Assembly: GCA_002351725.1 (NCBI GenBank)
Contig: DEHD01000018.1
Coordinates: 10,519-74,518, forward strand
Direction of reading: 5' to 3'
Source: Prevotella sp. UBA2809
Lineage (GTDB): Bacteria; Bacteroidota; Bacteroidia; Bacteroidales; Bacteroidaceae
DNA length: 64,000 nt
Positions 37,414 to 45,516 of this stretch are shown here, piece by piece (the stretch's first letter is position 1; each line of letters starts with the position of its first letter). The position numbers and the translations under genes are program-made. The notes under the pieces were generated by a model, which saw only the letters and a program-made list of their open reading frames with translations, did not search any database and was not told where the DNA came from.

Positions 37414-38955
37414 TTACTGAAGTTTCTTAAGCAGACTTGCAATGCTAACCTTATCCTCGATGATTGAGTTGAGGTCGCTGATGTTTACACGCTCCTGCTC
37501 CATGGTATCGCGGAAACGCAGAGTTACCTTACCATCGGTGAGAGAATCGTGATCGACAGTTACACAGTAAGGAGTACCAATGGCATCCTGACGACGATAG
37601 CGCTTTCCGATAGAATCCTTCTCGTCGTACTGGCAAGCGAAGTGATACTTCAGCTGGTCGATAATCTCACGAGCCTTCTCAGGCAGACCATCTTTCTTTA
37701 CCAGAGGCATTACAGCACACTTAACAGGTGCGAGGGCTGCTGGCAGACGAAGTACGGTACGGGTCTCGCCATTCTCGAGCTTCTCCTCGTCGAAGGCATG
37801 ACACATGATAGAGAGGAACATACGGTCAACACCAATAGATGTCTCGATAACATATGGAGTGTAGCTCTCGTTGGTCTGAGGATCGAAGTACTTGATGCTC
37901 TTACCAGAGAACTTCTCGTGCTGGCTCAGGTCGAAGTTGGTACGAGAGTGGATACCCTCAACCTCCTTGAAGCCGAATGGCATCTTGAACTCGATATCGG
38001 TAGCTGCGTTAGCATAGTGTGCCAACTTGTCGTGATCGTGGAAACGATAGTTCTCAGCACCGAAGCCCAGAGCCAGATGCCACTTCATACGGGTCTCCTT
38101 CCACTTGGGGAACCATTCGAGCTCAGTGCCTGGAGCTACGAAGAACTGCATCTCCATCTGCTCGAACTCGCGCATACGGAAGATGAACTGACGGGCAACG
38201 ATCTCGTTACGGAAAGCCTTACCAATCTGGGCGATACCGAAAGGAATCTTCATACGACCGGTCTTCTGTACGTTCAGGTAGTTCACGAAGATACCCTGAG
38301 CAGTCTCAGGACGCAGGTAAACCTTCATCGAAGCATCGGCGCTGGCACCCATCTCGGTAGCGAACATAAGGTTGAACTGACGAACATCGGTCCAGTTCTT
38401 AGTACCGCTGATGGGGTCGACAATCTCCTCGTCGAGGATAATCTGCTTGAGAGCCTCGAGGTCGGGACCCTGCATAGCAGCTGCATAACGGGCATGCAGA
38501 TTGTCGCGCTTCTCCTTAGTCTCCTTCACGCGCTCGCTGGTCTCCATGTACTTAGCCTCGTCGAAGCTCTCGCCAAAACGCTTGCGAGCCTTCTCTACTT
38601 CCTTCTGAATCTTCTCGTCGTACTTGGCAATCTGATCCTCGATCAGTACGTCGGCACGATAGCGCTTCTTAGAGTCGCGGTTGTCGATAAGGGGATCGTT
38701 GAAGGCATCAACGTGACCAGAAGCCTTCCATATAGTTGGGTGCATAAAGATGGCGCTATCGATACCTACGATATTCTCGTGAAGCATAGTCATAGCCTTC
38801 CACCAATACTGCTTAATGTTATTCTTCAACTCAACACCATTCTGTCCGTAATCGTAAACGGCTCCTAAACCATCGTAAATCTCACTTGATGGGAATACAA
38901 AGCCATACTCCTTGCAGTGGCTTACGATTTTCTTAAATACATCTTCCTGTGCCAT
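37414..38955 (-). CDS. glyS: glycine--tRNA ligase (alpha2 type)
   Basis: YDYG, LRPETAQG, GKAFRNEI, FRMREFEQME, SIGKRYRRQDAIGTP. Confidence 0.96.
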   Translation of the reverse strand: MAQEDVFKKIVSHCKEYGFVFPSSEIYDGLGAVYDYGQNGVELKNNIKQYWWKAMTMLHENIVGIDSAIFMHPTIWKASGHVDAFNDPLIDNRDSKKRYRADVLIEDQIAKYDEKIQKEVEKARKRFGESFDEAKYMETSERVKETKEKRDNLHARYAAAMQGPDLEALKQIILDEEIVDPISGTKNWTDVRQFNLMFATEMGASADASMKVYLRPETAQGIFVNYLNVQKTGRMKIPFGIAQIGKAFRNEIVARQFIFRMREFEQMEMQFFVAPGTELEWFPKWKETRMKWHLALGFGAENYRFHDHDKLAHYANAATDIEFKMPFGFKEVEGIHSRTNFDLSQHEKFSGKSIKYFDPQTNESYTPYVIETSIGVDRMFLSIMCHAFDEEKLENGETRTVLRLPAALAPVKCAVMPLVKKDGLPEKAREIIDQLKYHFACQYDEKDSIGKRYRRQDAIGTPYCVTVDHDSLTDGKVTLRFRDTMEQERVNISDLNSIIEDKVSIASLLKKLQ

Positions 38956-38984
38956 AATAAACGTTTATTTTACAATTTTGGTTG

Positions 38985-38992
38985 CAAAGGTA
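38985..38992 (-). promoter_or_regulatory. -7 box of the glyS operon
   Basis: TACCTTTG on the - strand. Confidence 0.65.
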
Positions 38993-39000
38993 CACAAATT

Positions 39001-39032
39001 AATTGATAATTGATAATTGAAAGTTGAGAATT
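39001..39032 (+). repeat. heptamer tandem repeat (AATTGAT/AATTGAA/AGTTGAG)
   Basis: aattgat aattgat aattgaa agttgag aatt. Confidence 0.75.
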
Positions 39033-39047
39033 AACAAAAAATCATAG

Positions 39048-39073
39048 AAAATCCCCGCCTTGAGGCGAGGATT
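39048..39073 (-). terminator. probable intrinsic terminator after the downstream TonB receptor
   Basis: Minus strand AATCCTCGCCT-ca-AGGCGGGGATT-TT hairpin, 8 nt after the stop. Confidence 0.6.
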
Positions 39074-39081
39074 AACTTGAT

Positions 39082-42000
39082 TTAGTTGAACAGATAGCGT
39101 ATTGTGAACATAATCTGATAAGTAGACTGCAGTCCGAGGAAGTCGGAGAAAGTTGACAGATGACGTTCGCCATTCACTGTGTTATAGGTGTACTTGCCCT
39201 TGTTATACGACAGGAGCGAGGTCTCTGTTACCTGCTTGTATAATCCCCACTTCTTGTTAAGGAAATTAGGTAGATTCAGAATGTCTACGCCGAACTGCAG
39301 TGTGTGCTTGGTCTTACCAAAATTCATAGTCATATCTTGTTCAAACTTAAAGTCTAATTGATGATGCCAAGGCATCTTTGCGCCACCACGCTCAGCATAC
39401 TTACCTGTACGAGTCTTAAGATAATCATCCTGCTGGATATAAGCCCAGAAGTCATCACGCTGCATATCGGCGGTATATACCTGATGGTTTGAACCATAAG
39501 TACTCTCAGCAAAATCCCAGCTGTCAAGTTCATTTCTTGATGCTGGCACATATATCAGGTTGGCTGGCGCCAAGGCATCGCTGTTGACATTCGACGAGAA
39601 GATATAGCTGAAACGGCTGAAAGCATACTCGGTTAGGAAACCATACTGATAGCCATCGTAAACAAGCGAGAAGTGGGAACTGGCGTTCTTCGACTCCTTA
39701 AGCGTATAGCTGGCAGATATCAACAGGCGGTTAGGAGCAACGTAAGTGGCATAACCCAACTCGTTATCGTTGACGGCATTCACTGAGTTACGATAGTTGT
39801 TGTAGGCAGAGGCTACCTGGTTTCCGATACCATCGGTATAGGTCTTGGCCTTTGACAGCGTGTAGCTGGCTGAGAGGTCGAGCCCAAAGTCGAACTTCTT
39901 GCGCAGCTGGGCGCTCAACGACATGTAGTAGGCCTTGCCACCAGCATTCTCGAGCACATAGGCCGAGGAATTGGCATCGTAGTACGACATCTTGTGGCGA
40001 ATGTCTCCATGCCCAAGATCGATGGTAGAATGGCCATCCCAATAGATGTCGCGATTAGAAACCACTACAGGATTAAGATCCTTGTTCATGATACCCTCGA
40101 TGGTAAAGTCGATATCACCAGGCAGTTTCGCATCGAGAGCAAGCGAAGCCTTCCAGGTCTTTGGCATACGCAGATCGTCGCTCAGGATAGTAGCGCTGCT
40201 AGGGATAGTGGTCGAACTCTTTGCACCAATCTGCTGGAGCATATCAGCCTGACTAGTGGTAAAGGTAGGAATAGTACCCTTGGTTTGCGATGCGATATAA
40301 GATGTCTGTCCCATACCAGAGTTGCCCACTGCTGATATCAACCATACAAATGGCAGACGACCAACGAAGAGACCTGTACCTCCACGAAGGATAAGATTCT
40401 GATTGCCAGTAATGTCCCAGTTGAATCCCAGACGAGGCGAGAATGATATGCTGGCATCGGGCACATTATCCGTGCGGAAGTGCTGCCAGCCAAAGTCTAT
40501 GTTGTAGTAATCCTCGTTGAAATTATCCTTAAGACTAGGATACGAAGGCAACTCGAAGCGCACACCAAGCGACATGCGGAAACGATCGCTCAGACTCATA
40601 TTATCCTGGAAATAGAGCGACCACTGGTTAGTGCTCATCTTTGCCACAAACCGAGAGTGTTCAGCGTTATTGCCATATGTAATACCAAACAAACGTGTAT
40701 TCTCCTTGGTGAATACGCTAGCCCAATCGCCCGCAGCCACTTGTTCTGGTGTAGCCTGGAATGCATAATATCCTGCACCAGCTTGAGCATAACCATTGGC
40801 CGCCCAGTCGTTTTCAAATTGGATTCCACCAAACAGGTTGTGCTTACCTAACTGTATATTAATCTCATCGGTAATCACCGTAGTCTTTGTTTTTGCCTCG
40901 TTGCCGTATGTAAACATATCGCCTGTCAACGCCCAGTAAGGATAATGGCCCTGCTCATCGCTCATAACGATTTCTACCACAGGCACATCAACACCATATT
41001 CGTTGCTACGAGGCTGGTCCTGATATGAATAGGTACCACGAAGGGTATTATGCAACTTTCCAAACTTACTATTTAACTCAGCAGCAACCGAGGTAAAACG
41101 GAATTCTGTCATATAACGGCTCGAGAGTGCCGACATACCATAATCAGTATTACCACCATACGAGTTCTGGTTTCCACCATATATAATTGATGTACGGTTG
41201 CTACCTATGCTACGCGAAGCCGAAGCGGGATTAGCTTCCTTACGATTAGACTTAGTGAAACGGACATTAAACTTATGATCATCGTTTATGTTCCAATCCA
41301 AACGAGCCAGGATGCGATATGCAGGCGTTTTAAGATTATAATTCTGCCAAGGACCGGTGGTTATGCCGTAATTAGTCTGCAGATAGTTAGACAGACTCTC
41401 TAATTCAGAAAGCCTTGGTCGACGGTTAGTTGCGGTGTATGGCGTAGAACCATTACCTGCCTGCACGGCAGGGCCTGCAGTTACATTATCCTCATACTCA
41501 CCATTCACAAAGAAAAAGAGTTTATCCTTCAAAATAGGACCTCCAAAGCTCAAACCAAAGGTACTATTATGACCTTTTGGCAATAACAGCTCGGTAGAGT
41601 GGATTTTCTTACCCTTCAGGTCAGAACTTGTCAGGAAAGTATATACCATACCCTTGAAGGTGTTAGTACCACTCTTGGTTACAGCATTAATGCCACCACC
41701 CGTAAAACCACTCTGGCGCACATCGTATGGCGTTACAGAGACTGTCATCTGATCGAGAGCCTCGAGTGAGATTGGTGTACCGCCACCAGGCAGCGGACTT
41801 GGTTCCATACCAAACGAGTCGTTGAACGAGGCACCATCGATAGTAACAAACGACTGGCGATAGTTACCTCCACCAATAGCCATACCGCTGGCAGAGCTCG
41901 ACTGTGGAGTCATCTTCATCAAGTCGGTCATCGAGCGTCCGATGGTAGGTACAGCAGCCATCTGATTGGCATTAAGATTGGTTACAGCACCACTGCGGTC

Positions 42001-42384
42001 GCTACGCATCGTATTGTTAGCCTTAGCAGTAACCACAATCTCCTGAATCATCTCAGAGCCCTCGCTGAGCGATGCATCTACAACAGCATTCTGACCCAGA
42101 GACAGCTGGACATCGGAAAACTTGGCCGTCTGAAAGCCTATGTACGACACTTCAACCTCGTAAGGACCACCTGCCTTCATACCCGTAATGGTATAATGGC
42201 CATCGATGTTGGTTACAGCACGATATACTGAACCTGAAGGCACATGCTTGGCTGTAACAGTTGCGCCGATAGCCTCTTCGCCACCAGCCATAACGGCACC
42301 TGTGATTCCTGAGGTTGTGACCTGAGCAAAAACGGAAAGCGAAACTGTTAATATAGCTACCGTTATTAGTAGTATTCTTTTCAT
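39082..42384 (-). CDS. TonB-dependent receptor, Oar-like, with N-terminal carboxypeptidase-regulatory-like domain (paralog 2)
   Basis: Signal peptide; PYDVRQSGFTGGGINAVTKSGTN, FSPRLGFNW, GGTGLFVGR; ends RYLFN. Confidence 0.88.
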   Translation of the reverse strand: MKRILLITVAILTVSLSVFAQVTTSGITGAVMAGGEEAIGATVTAKHVPSGSVYRAVTNIDGHYTITGMKAGGPYEVEVSYIGFQTAKFSDVQLSLGQNAVVDASLSEGSEMIQEIVVTAKANNTMRSDRSGAVTNLNANQMAAVPTIGRSMTDLMKMTPQSSSASGMAIGGGNYRQSFVTIDGASFNDSFGMEPSPLPGGGTPISLEALDQMTVSVTPYDVRQSGFTGGGINAVTKSGTNTFKGMVYTFLTSSDLKGKKIHSTELLLPKGHNSTFGLSFGGPILKDKLFFFVNGEYEDNVTAGPAVQAGNGSTPYTATNRRPRLSELESLSNYLQTNYGITTGPWQNYNLKTPAYRILARLDWNINDDHKFNVRFTKSNRKEANPASASRSIGSNRTSIIYGGNQNSYGGNTDYGMSALSSRYMTEFRFTSVAAELNSKFGKLHNTLRGTYSYQDQPRSNEYGVDVPVVEIVMSDEQGHYPYWALTGDMFTYGNEAKTKTTVITDEINIQLGKHNLFGGIQFENDWAANGYAQAGAGYYAFQATPEQVAAGDWASVFTKENTRLFGITYGNNAEHSRFVAKMSTNQWSLYFQDNMSLSDRFRMSLGVRFELPSYPSLKDNFNEDYYNIDFGWQHFRTDNVPDASISFSPRLGFNWDITGNQNLILRGGTGLFVGRLPFVWLISAVGNSGMGQTSYIASQTKGTIPTFTTSQADMLQQIGAKSSTTIPSSATILSDDLRMPKTWKASLALDAKLPGDIDFTIEGIMNKDLNPVVVSNRDIYWDGHSTIDLGHGDIRHKMSYYDANSSAYVLENAGGKAYYMSLSAQLRKKFDFGLDLSASYTLSKAKTYTDGIGNQVASAYNNYRNSVNAVNDNELGYATYVAPNRLLISASYTLKESKNASSHFSLVYDGYQYGFLTEYAFSRFSYIFSSNVNSDALAPANLIYVPASRNELDSWDFAESTYGSNHQVYTADMQRDDFWAYIQQDDYLKTRTGKYAERGGAKMPWHHQLDFKFEQDMTMNFGKTKHTLQFGVDILNLPNFLNKKWGLYKQVTETSLLSYNKGKYTYNTVNGERHLSTFSDFLGLQSTYQIMFTIRYLFN

Positions 42385-42388
42385 TGTC

Positions 42389-42420
42389 AACCGGTTTTAT
42401 TAGACTTTGGGGCAAAGGTA
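42389..42420 (-). promoter_or_regulatory. promoter of receptor paralog 2: -7 box plus AACCGG motif
   Basis: TACCTTTG at 42420-42413; 25/32 identical to 48841-48872. Confidence 0.65.
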
Positions 42421-42487
42421 CAAAATAAAATGATAGAATGCAAGTTTTTATTAAGAAAATTCACATTTCTGAACTGCGTTTCAAATC

Positions 42488-42553
42488 GGGTATAGGCGAA
42501 TGATCGTTTGCGTAAAGGCAAACAATCGTTTGGGTATAGGCAAACGATAATTA
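42488..42553. repeat. 22-bp palindromic tandem repeat, three units
   Basis: gggtataggcgaatgatcgttt / gcgtaaaggcaaacaatcgttt / gggtataggcaaacgataatta. Confidence 0.8.
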
Positions 42554-42722
42554 TATAGGCGTAATGTACCTTTTATCCTTAAGGTTTGTACTTGCAACCC
42601 TTAACCTTTACCCTTTCAAACCATAGTAGAAGAAAAATGGTCACACAACAATCAATATCTAATATAACTACTTGATATTCTGATATTTATATTTGCCACT
42701 ACACTTTTTTGCTAGCCTCGTT

Positions 42723-42754
42723 GGTCACATGGTCACAGCTGTGACCGTGTGACC
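42723..42754. repeat. 32-bp near-perfect palindrome built from GGTCACA units
   Basis: ggtcacatggtcacag|ctgtgaccgtgtgacc, one mismatch; another TGGTCACA at 42638-42645. Confidence 0.8.
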
Positions 42755-42761
42755 GTTGGCT

Positions 42762-43832
42762 TTATTTCACAATCATCTTCTTATTCTTGCGGATGTAGAT
42801 ACCCTTCTTGAGATTCTTTCCATCTACACGCTGACCGCGGAGATTGTAGATAGCGCCATCGTCTTCGATGAAGATAGTCTTGGTGATCTCTTCAATACCA
42901 GAAGTTGCAGGCACATAGTTGTTATAACTGAAAGCATCATCCATCTTGTTACCCCAGATATACTGTTCCAGACCTGGATAATCAACAAAAGGATTGCGAT
43001 TGCCCTGAATGCCATAGATAGCCTCATTACGATTTAACTCCTTCTCGCTTACAGGATCATTAGCTGCCCAACGGAGCAACATCTTAAGAGCCCAATCCTT
43101 AAAGAATGGATAAACGGTTCCATTTAACATCGACTTATTACCTCTTTCCCACTTTTTGGGAGTACGAGTTTCACCTTTCTCGTTTTTATACGACTCGTAA
43201 CGGGTGGCCATATAGAAATAAACACGAGCCAAATCACCCTTATATTCGTCGTTGGGTTCAAAAACATTTCCATTGTCACCAGAAACTGTAGAATAACCCA
43301 GACTATCTACGGAAACGCCAAACTTCGAGAAGCCGCCTGCAGACTGCTTGGTAACAGTAGCTCCAACTTCACCGTAAGGATTGTCGCCACGCATCTCATT
43401 TACAGCGCGATCGGTTGGAAAAAGATGATGGAGGTCGGTATACATGGGATATACGCTGGTACTATGGTCATCTGGTTCCTTAGTCTCATTAAACCAACTC
43501 TTAGGCATAGCGTGTTCACGATTATACTTTACGCCCTCATCAACTATATTACCTTTATCCTGATCGGTTACAGGTGTGAAGTTAGAAATACCAGAATAGA
43601 TATCCCATATCTTACCATCCTCGCGAATGTCGTAAGAGTTAACGGCATTCCAAACACCTGGGGTATAGCTCTGAACTTTATGGTTGTTAGAGATTATGGC
43701 AAACAATGCCGATTTAAGTTCCTCTGCCTTCTTGCCATCAGCATCCTGATAATAGGTACCAGTATTGTTGGGTCCCTGAGCCCAGACAGAGAATGATGCA
43801 AAAAGAGAAATAAAAAGTAGATATCTCTTCAT
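42762..43832 (-). CDS. secreted endonuclease I (Bsn/EndA-like) with Prevotella-type T9SS-like C-terminal tail
   Basis: Signal peptide ...VWAQ; NREHAMPKSWF, DLHHLFP, KGDLAR, QGNRNPFVDYP; tail IYNLRGQRV...KGIYI...KMIVK. Confidence 0.88.
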   Translation of the reverse strand: MKRYLLFISLFASFSVWAQGPNNTGTYYQDADGKKAEELKSALFAIISNNHKVQSYTPGVWNAVNSYDIREDGKIWDIYSGISNFTPVTDQDKGNIVDEGVKYNREHAMPKSWFNETKEPDDHSTSVYPMYTDLHHLFPTDRAVNEMRGDNPYGEVGATVTKQSAGGFSKFGVSVDSLGYSTVSGDNGNVFEPNDEYKGDLARVYFYMATRYESYKNEKGETRTPKKWERGNKSMLNGTVYPFFKDWALKMLLRWAANDPVSEKELNRNEAIYGIQGNRNPFVDYPGLEQYIWGNKMDDAFSYNNYVPATSGIEEITKTIFIEDDGAIYNLRGQRVDGKNLKKGIYIRKNKKMIVK

Positions 43833-43850
43833 TTTTATACTTGCATTAGG

Positions 43851-43888
43851 AAAAAATGCTCCCAATGCCTGTATTGGCATCGGGAGCA
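43851..43888 (-). terminator. intrinsic terminator between the OB-fold lipoprotein and nuclease genes
   Basis: Minus strand TGCTCCCGATGCC-aataca-GGCATTGGGAGCA-TTTTTT. Confidence 0.8.
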
Positions 43889-43908
43889 GATATTGTTAAG
43901 AACTATAA

Positions 43909-45495
43909 TTAATTTGCATGCTTGAACGAGAAGCAAACACCACTGCTAAGCTGAGGAACACCCTTATAGCTTGTCTTGTAAGCAATAATAGTGATCTCAT
44001 CGCCTACCTTGATGTCGTTATCCTGAATAAGATACTTGCGGTCGTCGCCCTTAGCACCCCAACCAGGATAGCATCCGTATACATAGATCTCGCTGGTTCC
44101 GTCGCTGAAGAAGAGGTTACCATAGTCGTTATCGTTACCCTTATCATCTTTCAGTGAGGTGATAGTACCAGTTACCATGTAATAGGTATTCTTATCGTCC
44201 CCCTTAGCAAGAAGCTCGGTAATAGTAGCAGTCTGGACTGCATACTTGATAGCCTCGAATTTACCAGAAACCATCTGTGGTGTACTCTTGTAAGCACCAC
44301 GCTGGCCTACTACGGTAACAACATCACCTACCTTTGCGCCAGAATCCTTGAAACCAGCTGCACGATAAACGAGCACCTTACCAGAGTAGTCCTGAATATA
44401 GAAGCTCTCACCCTGCTTGTCGCTAGTATAAAGCTCGGTTACAACACCAGTAATGCGATAGTTGGTAGTACCAACCTCAGCAGCCAGGAAGTCGGCAACG
44501 TTGGTCTCAATGATAGCACCCTTCTGAGTGATAGTTGCCTGAGAGGTGTACTCCTTAGAACCATCGGTAGTCTTGAAGGTTACAGTAACCTCGCGATCGC
44601 CACCCTCGTTGTTCTTAGCATAGAAGGTAACAGTTGGGTTAGCACCTACAGTTGAAGAGGTAACACCCAGCCACTCCTTAGCCTCGGCAGGAATCTCAAC
44701 AGCAACGCCAGTACCCTTACAGGTGAGGTGAGCAGTGATCTCGCCACCAGCAACAGGAAGCTCGCTTGATACAACACCATCAACAGTCAGAGAGTCAACC
44801 TTGATAAGAGACTTAACAATCTTAACTACAGTTACGTTAACCAGCTCTACAGTACCATTATAGGTAGTCTTTGGACCCTGAACAGTAACCTGGTCGCCAA
44901 CCTCGATACCCAGACTTGAGAAGTTCTTCTCGGCACCCTTTGCATCGAGCGTACCATAGATGTAAACCTCGCCTGTACCATCGTTGATATACCAGTTACC
45001 ATAAGTGGTATTGGCAATAGATGTAACCACACCAGTTACCTGATAGGTCTTAGAGTCAGGACCAGCCAGAACCTCTGCGCAAGAAGCGTTCTCGATAGTT
45101 ACCAATCCCTGAATAACGCGGATGCGCTGCTCCTCACCATTTGATGTGATAATGAGTTCGCATGAACGGCCTTCGCCAGCCTCAGCACTGAACACGAGCT
45201 TGGTCTCGCCTGCAGCACCTGATTCCTGATTAACCTTAAGCCATGTTGGAGTGGCATAATGCTTAACCACTTCCTTATCACCTTCCTTCTCTTTTACCGA
45301 GAAAATCTTCTCGAACTCCCAATTACCATTGGCTGTGAGTTCAATCTCTGTTGATCCGCCAGCAGTGTTAAGAGAAACGTATGACTGCGAAACTCTGATG
45401 CCCTCGAGATATGAAGGATCATTATCTTTTGCACAGCTAGTGAATAATGCAGCTACAACTGCTACAAGAGACGGAATGAAATATTTAAGTTTCAT
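43909..45495 (-). CDS. surface lipoprotein with two BACON-like and three OB-fold-like domains
   Basis: Lipobox FTSC followed by AKDND; three repeats of Y.(V/I)TG.(V/I)T...D.(T/S)...(I/V)Y...VGD.(V/I)T...Y. Confidence 0.75.
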   Translation of the reverse strand: MKLKYFIPSLVAVVAALFTSCAKDNDPSYLEGIRVSQSYVSLNTAGGSTEIELTANGNWEFEKIFSVKEKEGDKEVVKHYATPTWLKVNQESGAAGETKLVFSAEAGEGRSCELIITSNGEEQRIRVIQGLVTIENASCAEVLAGPDSKTYQVTGVVTSIANTTYGNWYINDGTGEVYIYGTLDAKGAEKNFSSLGIEVGDQVTVQGPKTTYNGTVELVNVTVVKIVKSLIKVDSLTVDGVVSSELPVAGGEITAHLTCKGTGVAVEIPAEAKEWLGVTSSTVGANPTVTFYAKNNEGGDREVTVTFKTTDGSKEYTSQATITQKGAIIETNVADFLAAEVGTTNYRITGVVTELYTSDKQGESFYIQDYSGKVLVYRAAGFKDSGAKVGDVVTVVGQRGAYKSTPQMVSGKFEAIKYAVQTATITELLAKGDDKNTYYMVTGTITSLKDDKGNDNDYGNLFFSDGTSEIYVYGCYPGWGAKGDDRKYLIQDNDIKVGDEITIIAYKTSYKGVPQLSSGVCFSFKHAN

Positions 45496-45516
45496 ATTTG
45501 TCTTACCTTTAATTAA

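Noticed and set aside
37549-38868. 439-aa + strand ORF antisense to glyS (and similar shadow ORFs such as 19066-20016, 30497-31435, 55294-56085, 1534-2313)
   Set aside because: Each lies opposite a well-supported gene, has no recognisable motifs, and is explained by strong codon bias leaving the antisense frame free of stops.
42488-42553. Possible mini-CRISPR array (also 26451-26522)
   Set aside because: Units are contiguous 22-mers with no unique spacers of CRISPR length, and there are no cas genes in the window.
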